NCBI RefSeq assembly: GCF_041956535.1
Contig: NW_027192223.1
Location: 45,879 to 109,878, forward strand
Direction of reading: 5' to 3'
Source: Calcarisporiella thermophila CBS 279.70
Taxonomy: Eukaryota; Fungi; Calcarisporiellomycota
DNA length: 64,000 nt
Shown: positions 1 to 10,307 of the stretch, one piece after another
Layout: each line of letters begins with the position of its first letter
How positions within the stretch are numbered: the stretch's first letter is position 1
The notes under the pieces: generated by a model
The model's input: only the letters and a program-made list of their open reading frames with translations
Databases searched by the model: none
What the model was told of the DNA's origin: nothing
Program-made: the position numbers and the translations under genes

Positions 1-84
1 ATATGATGTCGTCGGGTGAACCGGCCTACATTAAAGACCGCCACCTCACTCCCCGAATCCCAGAGTGACTGCTTACGTGACTTC

Positions 85-116
85 TCTGTACCAAAAACCA
101 ATATCCTCGTAACAAC
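85..116 (+). promoter_or_regulatory. Conserved tRNA-upstream element, copy 1
   Basis: TCTGTACCAAAAACCAATATCCTCGTAACAAC is 27/32 identical, ungapped, to 7808-7839 upstream of tRNA-Asn. It ends 8 nt before tRNA-Gly. Function is inferred. Confidence 0.65.
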
Positions 117-124
117 AAAGTAAG

Positions 125-195
125 GCATGGTTGGTTTAGTGGTATAATTGCCGCCTGCCACGCGGCAGACCCGGGTTCGATTCCCGGACCATGCA
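125..195 (+). tRNA. tRNA-Gly(GCC)
   Basis: Acceptor GCATGGT/ACCATGC plus discriminator A; anticodon stem GCCGC/GCGGC with loop CT-GCC-AC; T arm CCGGG-TTCGATT-CCCGG; 71 nt, intronless. Confidence 0.97.
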
Positions 196-560
196 ATTAA
201 GAGCATAAATATGTGAATATAACTATTCTATATTTTTATGAGCTACGTTTTATATTTTTATTCTTTTAAAGAAAGATAAACATAAGATATTTAGGAAACG
301 TAATTAATGGTTTCCCTTTGCTGTAGTTATATAATACCTATCTATTATATTTTGATTCAGGTATAAATTACTGAATATAGCCCTATACACTAAATCATTT
401 AGACTCTATATTTATATGTTTATGGTATTTATGGTGGCAAAATTAGTTTAAAATTAAATAAACTTTTCTCACAAACTATTAAAATTTTTTAGATAGCGCA
501 TAAATTATTTAAAGAATTTTTAGAACACAAAGATTAAATCATATAAACCTGCGAAATATG

Positions 561-3500
561 TTAATCGAGACCAGATGAAGCGACTATGTTCTGTTGTTTT
601 ACCAGCTCGCTATAATGCCCTCCTAATGCGATTAATCCTCGGTGATTTCCTTGTTCAACTATCCTTCCCTCTTTAATCACGAAAATTACATCTGAATCCT
701 GTACTGATGCTAATTTATGCGCAATCACGATAGTTGTTCGACAAACAGCCGCATTATCTATTGCCGTTTGCACAAGCCTTTCCGATTCTGTATCAAGTGC
801 AGATGTTGCTTCGTCCAACAAAAGTATCTCAGGGTCACGAATAAGAGCTCGTGCAATAGCAATGCGTTGCTTTTGACCCCCCGAGAGATGTGATCCTTTA
901 TCGCCGACTCTTGTGTGATATCCATTGGGTAAAGTTGAAATAAAATCATGAATATTGGCATTCTTGGCAGCTTGTTCGATTTGCTCCTGCGTCGCTTCAC
1001 TCTCTTCTCGACCATAAAGAATATTTTCCCGTATAGTCATATCAAAAAGAACAGGCTCTTGACTAACTAGAGCGATTCGCCGACGCATTTCTTTGAGTTG
1101 CCATTTTCTGGTGTTAACTCCCTCGATCATGACTTCTCCAAGTAGAGCATCATACCACCTCATTAATAATGCGATGATGGTTGATTTACCACATCCAGAT
1201 GGTCCGACGAGGGCGACTTTCTGATTCCTAGAAATACTCAATGAAATGCCATCGAAAACAGGTACATCTTGTCTGGTAGGATAAGCAAAGGTTACATCTC
1301 TTAATTCGGCGTCTCCATGAGTTTGACCCTTTATATTTCCATCCGCATCTGGATCTATGATTGTGCATTTATCCATAAGTTCAAAAATACCAATGGCGGC
1401 CTGGCGTGCTTTAGCAGCCTTTGGAAGGGAATTCGATATATAGCCAAGACCGACAGCAGTATATACCACGGAAAACATAGTGGTTAAAAGTTGCGAAATG
1501 CTCATTTCTCCTGTTTTAACGAATTGGATGCCAACATAGAATCCAAACGCGAAAACCAAAAACATAAATCCTATTTATTAGTGAAAAAAATTCGTTACTA
1601 TTCATTAAAATTGAAGCATGCAACTCCTCAATTCTATTGTTACCTTGAGATATTCCATATCCAATGGAGGCAAAGTATGCTTTTTTAAGTGAATCGCGAT
1701 GAGGAACTTTGTTGGCTTCAGTGTATTTGTTTTCGAAGAAATTTTCTGCTCCCAAAGAGGCAATTGTACGGATTTCCTTAATTGCTTCCCCAGCGATCTG
1801 TCCAGACTTTTCATATCCTTTTCTTGTCTTGCCAGAAAAACTAGATATAGATCAAGGTTAAGAGTTAAATAACCAAAAATAAACAAAATGCCAAATATAT
1901 TCAAATCCAACCCTTCAAAGGCCTTCATCTCAATTGCTCCTGCCAATATTATTAAAGGGGCAATTGCCAGTAAAATAAGAGTTAGCTTCCACCCGTTTGC
2001 GAAAGCAATCGCAAGGCCCATTGCTATAGTTGCGACAGTTTGGCCGACATATGTGAAAAGGGCTTCAGGCAACTCATGTAATTGTGTTGCTTCATTTGCA
2101 AGACGAGCCGTTAATGTCGCTGTCGAATACTCTGGTCTGTCGAAAAAAGCCATCTCTTGGTTCAAAATGTTACGAAAACAAGTCAAACGAACGCGTCTGA
2201 TAAGTCTTTCTCCGCAATACAACATTAAACCGTCCCTCAAACTATGTCCGATAAATGTTATAGCACCAAGAGCCAGAAATAGGAGTGCCCAAATTCGAGA
2301 AGCATCCTCTACTTGATCCGCAGGTTTAGAAAATGCGTCTAAAAGTTTAGAGAATAAGAAAGAGTAGGAAGGTACCACCTACGAATAAAATTATGAGATT
2401 TTATCAAAAAAAAACTGAAAAGAAACTATGCTGATTAAGCACGTACCAATCCTGCCATTGCACTTCCAATAAAAGAAATGCACATTAATCCCCATTCATG
2501 TCTCATCATTTTAATTATACGTAGTACCGGTTTTGATTCTTCTGATACTTCCAAACATTCTTCTATTGCACTTCTTGATTCTTCCATTTTTTCACTCGAA
2601 TTAACTGAAATATGCTGCGTCTGACTAAACTTCTTTAGTGAAATAATATCCTTAGAATTACTAGAGGGCTCTTTCTTCACGTTTTCTCGTTCCAAATCGC
2701 TCAAATATCGCTGCTCATTATCTTCTCTTTTAAATAGCTGCTGCTTAATTGCATAGCGATAAAAGGCCCCTTGTTGAGATAACAGATTTTCGTAAGTACC
2801 TTGCTCAATGATCTTTCCATTTTCCATTACAACTATAATATGTGCATTCTTGATTGTCGACAAACGGTGCGCCACTATGATAGTACTGCGGCCTTGGCAT
2901 GCATTTTTCAGTGCTTCCTGTACTATATTCTCCGAATGTGTATCGAGTGCTGAAGTTGCTTCATCGAGAAGAAGAATAGAGGGATTACGTATCAAAGCTC
3001 TAGCTATAGCAATTCGCTGTTTCTGGCCACCAGATAATTGCGAGCCCCTTTCACCTACTATAGTGTTATATCCCTTTGGGAGTTTTGAGATAAAATCATG
3101 ACAATTTGCCTTTTTGCAAACTTCAATAATTTCTTCGTTTGTAGGATTGCGATGGAGTGCACCGAGGACAATATTGTTTATAATGCTGTCGTTAAATAGA
3201 ATCGGTTCTTGCCTGGCAATGCCAAAAAATTAATTAGAAAAATTTTAACAGTTTAATGGATTAAGTTCAATCCAGGAATTAAATGGAATTAATTACCCTA
3301 CAACTCCAACTTGACTTCGCAGCCATTTGACATTAATTTCTTTAAGCGCTACTCCATCTAGTAGCACTTCTCCTTGTGTTGGATCATAAAATCGCTGTAC
3401 GAGTTGAAGTATAGTCGATTTTCCGCTCCCCGACGCTCCCACCAATGCAATAATTTTACCACTTGGAATTTCAAGATTAATACCATGTAAAACGGGAGTG

Positions 3501-4972
3501 TTTTTTCGCGATGGATAGTTGAAATTAATGTTACGAAGTATAATATTTCCACTACATGATGAGAGTGTTTTGCCACTTGATATTGATGTTGGAGAATGAT
3601 CAATATCTGGCACGCGGTCGATAGTGCTGAAGATTCTATATGCGGCAACTTGTGCCTCGATTAATGCTTTGAAATTGGGTGGGATTTGTCTAGTTATCTC
3701 ATATATACAATAAGTTTGGGAATTCGTCGATGTTTACGGTAATATATAATTACCCAATTGAAGTTGCGCCGATAGTCACAGCGAAAAAAGCTTGAAGAAC
3801 CGCCTCACTACTGATTATATGCTCCGATATAAGGTGCCCACCATACCATAAACCAAGGCAATAAGTGATAGTTTGAATACAGCTCAAAAATCCCATTGAA
3901 ATTCCTAAAACATAAATAACACTTAAGAGTTTGCTTCATTCATGCCAGTTTTTGCGGAAAAAAGAACAATTACCTGATCCAATAGCCTTCTTCACGCCGG
4001 CTTTGAACGCAATATCGATTTTTCTTTCATAGTCTTTAACAAAGCGAGATTGTAACGAAAAAGCCGCAACTGTTCGAATTCCGGACAATGCTTGCTCCAT
4101 TACTGCACCTGCACCTGAATAAGCGTCCTGTGCCTCTTTTGTTTTAGATATAATTATTCTGGTGATTGAGTATCCCGCAAAAGCTAGGAATGGGACAACA
4201 GTCAGTAGAACTAGAGTAATTTGCCAGCTAACTGCGAATGCCATTATAAATCCGGATATAAACATTGTGCTATGTTGGACAACAAGACCGACTTTTTCAG
4301 AGAGACCTTCTTGAATAAGATTTGTGTCTGCTGCAAGTCGAGATGTCAGAGATTCTGATTCAATTACGTCGAACCAAGCTTGGTCCTGTCTAAGTATTGC
4401 ATGAAGGTAAAGCTCGCGAATACGCTATTATATTTCGTACTGGATCACGGATTTTTCTTATATTAAAGACATTTATAATTTGAATATTACCTTCGTTTGA
4501 TATTCACCTGACAAGGTCCAGAAGCACATAGAGCCGTAACTCGATACAATTAATCCAACACCAAACCACAAAAATGTTAATACTCCTTCAATTAAGAAAT
4601 TATAGCCTTCATCTAGTGAAGTCGTATTCACTATTGTGAAACCTCTAATAATACGTCCAAAAGAGAATCCTATTAGAGTATGTATAATTCCAGCGGCAAC
4701 ACTGCACAATATTCCCAAGCTATAAAAAAATATGGTGAAACTTGATTTTAGCAAATTATTGTTTTGTCGATTATTTAGAAGCACACCCACATTACTAAAA
4801 TTATCTCGAACCATGATGCAAATCGATATAATCTAAAATAAGGAATTCTTTTTATATTCTCTTTTTCACTTTTTCTTTTTCGCCTTATCAAAGGCCAAAA
4901 AATGTTATTTGCTTTCTCAACATCTTGTCCGCTTAACTCTACTTTTTCTCTGGGACCTGAATTATTTACCAT
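561..4972 (-). CDS. Full-length ABCB/MDR1-type ABC transporter (TMD-NBD-TMD-NBD), multi-exon
   Basis: Two Walker A motifs ([18 protein letters not shown]), two [15 protein letters not shown] signatures, [11 protein letters not shown] Walker B/D-loops and hydrophobic TMD exons. The splice junctions I checked keep frame. Confidence 0.93.
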
Positions 4973-5984
4973 CGCGATAGTTGCTTCCTTTTCTAAAAAT
5001 TCTTCGAATTAACTGGTAAGCAAAATATTTTACTATTCTCTTAGAATTTAGAAAATTTACATTTACGAATACTTTGAAAATGTCTACTAGTATGCTTAGA
5101 GTAGTGAAAATAATATAATTTTCTGTAGCCTGATTGAAACTACATTTTTATGAGTGTAAAAAACAAAAAAGCATTTATAAATGATAGAGCAATGTTTTTT
5201 TTTGTATTTGAACTCCATAAACACAACGTAGCACGAATCAATCTATTTATTAATTGGTTCTTCTAAGCAACCCAGAGTAGAGGACGCCAGGCACCTTTTC
5301 GTTTTCGTTCATTTTATCCTAATTTTTCCTCTTATGGTATTTATTCAGAGTGTCATTCCAACATCCCTAAATTTTAAAATTTATAAATTTTTAAGATAGG
5401 CAATTTCTATTACGGGTAATTAGTATTGAGTAATTTTATTTGTACCCCGATAAAACTATAACTATTAGACCTAAGGAGTTTTGTGTGGAGGGGTGTCCAG
5501 ATCTTGATAAAAATAAGAGATATATATTTATAATTCAGGGAATTGGTATGGAACATTAAAACCAACCGAAGGGTTTAAATGAGCCAAGAAAAGTTATTCA
5601 TAAAAATAAGAAAAATAACGATATTGAAAAGATATTAAGGATGTTGAAACCCTTGTTGTACGCGTCGTGCTATCATGCTATTTTCGTCATGTTGCTTGCG
5701 AATATTACACTTGTACCTTACGCTACATTCGTGCTACTCCCCTTTTTTTTCTCCCTTGGAGTGTATTTTTTACATCCACTTGATGTTTTTTTATCTGAAA
5801 GCAATGGAAGTCTTCTACGTCAAAATCACCCAGGTACTGCCCTTGGCTTCCCAATTTTGTGGTTGGATTTTTCCTAAAGAATTTTGCTAACTATTTTTGT
5901 AGCCGCTTGATATTACTTGCTTGTTGCTATACTATTGATAGCGGGTTGAGTCCTGAGAAAAACCGGTACACTCTCACGAACAGA

Positions 5985-6051
5985 TGTCACCTACAGGAAT
6001 CGAACCTGCAACTTAGCACCGGGATTCTCCACCAATGTGCCATCCAAGGAC
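5985..6051 (-). pseudogene. Degenerate tRNA-like Pol III unit (tRNA pseudogene or SINE head)
   Basis: Minus strand reads GTCCTTGGA-TGGCACATTGG (A box)-TGGAGAATCCCGGTGCTAAGTT-GCAGG TTCGATT CCTGT (T arm/B box)-AGGTGACA. There is no proper anticodon arm and the acceptor stem is imperfect. Confidence 0.6.
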
Positions 6052-6075
6052 GGCTCCTGAGATCTCTCGAGTCAC

Positions 6076-7020
6076 TTTTTTTTATAATAGTGAGTCTTTA
6101 TTGTTTAAGTAGACTCCAAATTACAATAGTTACATTAATGAAAGTAATAAAATGAGAGAACGGTTAAATATTAACGCGATATTGCAATTCTGGGTGAGTT
6201 GATCATAACAATTTTCACCTCAAATGGGTAGATGGGTAGTAAAAACTTAGCTAACTGTGGATATTAGAGAATGACTTGATAAGTGAGATGGAGAATGAAA
6301 AGGGAAGAAAAAGAATGAGTAGAAGAAGGGCCTACTGCGTCAATCCAGTTCTAGAACCGCTCTATTATCTCCTTTAACCGCGCCCAATTTGCACCACCTG
6401 CTTCGAAACTGTTAGATTTATCGCTTTTTTGGGCTCTTATTAGCTCAGTCCCTATAGCCTCCTCAATATCCAGTTTGGCCCAGTTGATGATGGTTTCGGA
6501 TGAGGCTCGAGTGTTTTCAAAATGAAAGGCAATACGATCCCGATGGATTTTCCACAGTTCCGAGTCGAAGATAATTTGATCCACGTGCTTTGCTGTTTGC
6601 GAGGATTCAGATAGGTCTCCTAATATGAGGTTGCGAGCACTCAGCACCTGAGAATTCTGGAGGCCTGTGATGGTGACAATACCCCTCTCTGCCCACTGCC
6701 ACACTGGTGTAAGTTCAGGACATTTGCAAAAGGTATGGCGAATTATGTCCCGCGAAGTGTTACAACGGGTGCACTTTGGATCGTGAATAGGGAATGTAGC
6801 GTTATTGATAATTCGCTCTGCAAGGATCCGCCAGCGTAGCGCACGGTGTTTTGGGAGGATGGGTCGTTTGTGAACGGAGGTCCAGACCCTCTCCCAATCC
6901 TTGGGTGTTGATCCAACTTCAGGCTATAATCGAGGAACCAGTGTATTCGGTTCTAGAGAGCCGTTGTGCTGGAAGTGACGGCCTTGTCGAGTGAAGTATT
7001 CCGCGACGGGCCTACCGGCC
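6076..7020 (-). mobile_element. 5'-truncated L1/Tx1-type non-LTR retrotransposon (zf-RVT C-terminus, 3'UTR, poly(A))
   Basis: Minus frame reads DWERVWTSVHKRPILPKHRALRWRIL..CTRCNTSRDIIRHTFCKCPELTPVWQW, a zf-RVT CxxC..H..C motif. One in-frame TAG lies near 6925 and the ORF ends at 6351, followed by a pyrimidine-rich 3'UTR, AATAAA (6097-6102) and an A8 tail (6076-6083). Confidence 0.85.
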
Positions 7021-7035
7021 AGTCTCCCGAGTAAC

Positions 7036-7348
7036 CCTTTTTTTTGATCAATCTACGGAAACTTTTATTTATTTTCGTAGCTTACAAGGGTTTAATGATT
7101 ACAATGAAAAAAGAAAGGGGGGAATAAAGGGGTGGGGATATGGTTAGGTGGCAAGATGAAACTTAGAAATTGACAAATTATATTAGCCCAGAAAGGGAGA
7201 GAAGAGAAGAAAGCAAAGAAACGCAAGGGGGTAGGAACATAGAGAAGGTGATAAACGTGGAGTAAGGAAATAAAGGGTAGATTAGATGTATGTAGTGATC
7301 GGGTATTTGGTGAGTGATATGGAGTAAAGAGGAGGAGAGGAGGTAAAG
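7036..7348 (-). mobile_element. Second retroposed 3' end (LINE 3'UTR plus poly(A)) flanked by a 15-bp target-site duplication
   Basis: Perfect direct repeat AGTCTCCCGAGTAAC at 7021-7035 and 7349-7363. The insert is pyrimidine-rich on the minus strand, with AATAAA (7064-7069) and an A8 tail (7038-7045). Confidence 0.75.
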
Positions 7349-7604
7349 AGTCTCCCGAGTAACTTTGTGACTGTCAATATGACCTACCTATATAAATTCT
7401 AATTTTCTCATTATGAAAATGTTATGTGGATTTTGGGTATACCGTGAATATTTGTACGTAAAGAAACAAAAGAAAGATTTATTATAAACAAGGAAAATAA
7501 GACAATAAATTTCAAGAGTATTTCTCAATATAAAAAAAACTAATCCGCCTCCCCGTTCACTCACGCTTAAATCTCTCTTTATATAATAAAACTAGACAAA
7601 ATAG

Positions 7605-7694
7605 AACGAACCGACTAAATAAACTGGTTAAACGAACTGAATAAGCAAACTGGTTAAACAAACTTATTTAACAAAACAGAACAAACTTGAATAA
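7605..7694. repeat. Degenerate ~13-nt minisatellite (AAAC[G/A]AACTG[GT/AA]T-like)
   Basis: Units aacgaaccgact / aaataaactggtt / aaacgaactgaat / aagcaaactggtt / aaacaaacttatt. Confidence 0.5.
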
Positions 7695-7807
7695 ATTTTC
7701 AAAGCGCTAGTAATTTGCCGAAAGGTTATTAAGGTAACAAAAACTAATTGTGTATAAAGTTAAAGAAAAAAAGTTTTTTTTGGCTTGTAGTGGCGCAGTT
7801 ATGACTG

Positions 7808-7839
7808 TCTGTACGAAATACCGATATTCCCGTAACAAC
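7808..7839 (+). promoter_or_regulatory. Conserved tRNA-upstream element, copy 2
   Basis: TCTGTACGAAATACCGATATTCCCGTAACAAC is 27/32 identical to 85-116. It ends 14 nt before tRNA-Asn. Confidence 0.65.
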
Positions 7840-7853
7840 GTAACAAAAAAGGA

Positions 7854-7870
7854 GCTCTAGTGGCGTAATT

Positions 7871-7910
<40 letters not shown>

Positions 7911-7927
7911 GAGTCCACCCTTGAGCG
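7854..7927 (+). tRNA. tRNA-Asn(GTT)
   Basis: Acceptor GCTCTAG/CTTGAGC (one T-T mismatch); anticodon stem TTCGG/CCGAA with loop CT-GTT-AA; T arm GGTGG-TTCGAGT-CCACC; 74 nt. Confidence 0.96.
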
Positions 7928-8224
7928 AATTTCATTTAATATAAATCCTTTATTTTTTCATATTCTTTATTGTATGTCTCGAGAATTTAGAAATAATTAT
8001 GGATAGCATTTCGACAACGTATACGTCATCAATCTAATACATGTTTTTATCTAAGTAATAGTTCTAAACTACTGCTAAGAATCTTGCCCCATACCTAGAA
8101 TTTCATGTCGCTGGATTCATCTTAATATTTATACGCTAATCATTTGAAAATAACAGAATAACTTAGGTTTAGGTTAGGTAGGTTAAGTTAACCTATCCTT
8201 TATAAACATGTTTTAACAAATTAA

Positions 8225-8461
8225 TTTGCCACCACGTTCTCCACTGCCAAGCTCAAACGCAAAGGAGGGTTCTGGTTTAATCAGTTCCAAACGTGGCATA
8301 TGCTCGGAGGTAGCCCAGTAGCATCACCAAACTGGACTGCGACCGAGGTATTGTCCCTACCTCTCTACAAGTGCCCGTTAATCACAGACGAGGGCCGACA
8401 AATGGAGGAGCCAAAACCCCCAACACCGCCATACCTCCTCAATGAGATACTAACTTTCTAA
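8225..8461 (+). mobile_element. Internal fragment of a non-LTR retrotransposon ORF2 (post-RT linker)
   Basis: A GC-richer island reading FATTFSTAKLKRKGGFWFNQFQTWHMLGG..WTATEVLSLPLYKCPLITDEG..LLNEILT. This resembles the FW..W....EIL..PL...P.I pattern found between RT and zf-RVT in L1/Tx1 elements. Confidence 0.5.
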
Positions 8462-8940
8462 CAAATTTCGTTATGATATTTTTTTGTAGGGAATGAGACT
8501 AATTTGTTCTCCATTTCAAATAATGCTCTCTGTACCACCTCATGTTGATATGTTACAACAAAATAAAAGCAAATAAGCTGATGTATGCAACTCAATATTT
8601 CAATCGGATGTGTATATTGTACTCCAATATATACACTGTGAGAACATACTAAAATTTGGTTAATCATCTAGGATGATGCCATCTATTATTCATCGCATTC
8701 GTATTACCTTTTTTCATTCTAGAAATTGAAATTGAAAGCATACTCCGGTCATAATCTCAGCTTCAAAGCCCAAAAAAAGTGATTCGTTAACGAAAATATA
8801 AGATTATAACTTAGTACAGCCACTGTCAGTGCGATGAATCACCCTCGATTACTGATAGATAATGAAATATATAAAAAATTTTGCAATATTTAATGCGAGT
8901 GCACAGTATGGTGGTTTTGGAATTACAAAAATAATTCAAC

Positions 8941-9330
8941 ATGGCTAAATCTACATTCGCTCTCGTCACCGCTCTGCTCGCTCTAACTGCTAGTGCTATG
9001 GCCCGCAAGGAACAAATTCACGGAAAGGTTAATCGTGACGGAAGTGTAACTGCATTTGGCACCCGTCGCACCACCTCTTCATCAGGCAATATCTACTTCT
9101 CCCTTGTACAGTTCCCAGAATGTGCAGATCTGTTGTATTTACGAGTGAATCCTACTGGTGATAAGCCGCCGTTTGACTGGCGTAAATTTACCCACAGCGA
9201 CTTTGGTCGTAAGATAAGCCTTGGCAATGGTGTGCTAAGTGGAACTACCTTTACTATTGATGCTCGCCTTTCCCCAGCTGTCAATGCAAACTGCGAAACG
9301 AGTTTCAGCGGGCCACTAGAATGGAACTAA
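8941..9330 (+). CDS. Small secreted protein of unknown function, paralog 1 (129 aa, intronless)
   Basis: Hydrophobic signal peptide ending ASAMA; two Cys; about 50% identical to 9921-10307; TATATAAA at 8868. Confidence 0.88.
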   Translation: MAKSTFALVTALLALTASAMARKEQIHGKVNRDGSVTAFGTRRTTSSSGNIYFSLVQFPECADLLYLRVNPTGDKPPFDWRKFTHSDFGRKISLGNGVLSGTTFTIDARLSPAVNANCETSFSGPLEWN

Positions 9331-9920
9331 AATACAAGTTAATAAACAGATATTTATAAATGAATCTATGAATATTCAATTCTCTGAGATTAAAATACTA
9401 AATCTATGATGGGCATTAAAAAGACATTGGTCTATTGATATGTTAACCAATGTTTTAAATAATCCAATCAGGATTATTGCAGTACAGGTTTTCTATCACA
9501 TTAATGAGTTGCTATTGCAGATTAGATCAACTTCGATTTCAAATTTGTTCCCGTGAGTGTACTCGTAATAGTTGTATCTTGCAATGAACTTTATTTTAGC
9601 GGAGAAATTATGCTGAGTACATTGTAGCAATCATATTAACTCAATTTCAATATGCGCCATGTGGTGAAAGGATGATTTACAAGTTTACCTGGTAGCAATT
9701 ATATGCAACTATCTGTAGGATTTACACAGTAAGAACATTTATATTTCAATTTATCTTCAGCTTGTACCATTTTATCTATCCAACAGAAAAAGTGGCTTTA
9801 TGACTGTGTCTTAGTTGAAATTATTTTGAATCTTAAAGATTTTTCCAAGATTGTGTATATAAGCTCCAGCTAAAAGTCTTCCACGTCTTATTAATTCATC
9901 CTCACTACTATTCCTAAGTA

Positions 9921-10307
9921 ATGAAATACATCTTCGCTCTGTTTACTTTCTTGGCAATCCTTGCCACTACTTTTGCCAAGGACGAAAAAATTCGTGGTCT
10001 CGTTAATCGAGATGGGAGTGTCACTAATTTTGGAGTAAAACGCACCACAACAAAGCGCTACAATATTGGATTCTATCTTACAAATTTCCCAGACTGTGCT
10101 AAATATTTATATATTCGAGTTAACCCAGTCAATGCCGCTCCCTTTGATTGGCGTCGCTACCAGAAGAGTGATGAAAATGGACCCACTAATTCAGTTATTG
10201 GAGTTGATGTTCTTGCTGGAACGACTTTCACGCTTGATGCCAAGATTTCTCCTGCTGTGACTTCAAGCTGCGACACCCACTTTGAGGGTTTTCTTGGTTA
10301 TGTTTAA
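9921..10307 (+). CDS. Small secreted protein of unknown function, paralog 2 (128 aa, intronless)
   Basis: Signal peptide MKYIFALFTFLAILATTFA. Shares VNRDGSVT, FPxCA, RVNP, PFDWR, GTTFT and SPAV..C with paralog 1. TATATAAG at 9856. Confidence 0.88.
   Translation: MKYIFALFTFLAILATTFAKDEKIRGLVNRDGSVTNFGVKRTTTKRYNIGFYLTNFPDCAKYLYIRVNPVNAAPFDWRRYQKSDENGPTNSVIGVDVLAGTTFTLDAKISPAVTSSCDTHFEGFLGYV

Noticed and set aside
5985-6051. Possible tRNA-Sec or selenoprotein system
   Set aside because: There is no TCA anticodon or long variable arm, and no conserved gene that I translated needed in-frame TGA readthrough.
7366-7373. Exact TGTGACTG not next to a protein gene
   Set aside because: It cannot be assigned: it may be LINE coding sequence or the displaced upstream region of the tRNA-like unit. 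Not counted among the promoter hits.
7354-7375. Resemblance of gagtaactttgtgactgtc to LSU rRNA helix 69 next to the R2 insertion site
   Set aside because: The match is short and gapped with no flanking rDNA similarity, and the elements are zf-RVT L1/Tx1 type rather than R2. Probably chance.
7605-7694. Repeat array considered as CRISPR-like
   Set aside because: Eukaryotic context, degenerate 13-nt tandem units with no unique spacers, and no cas genes.
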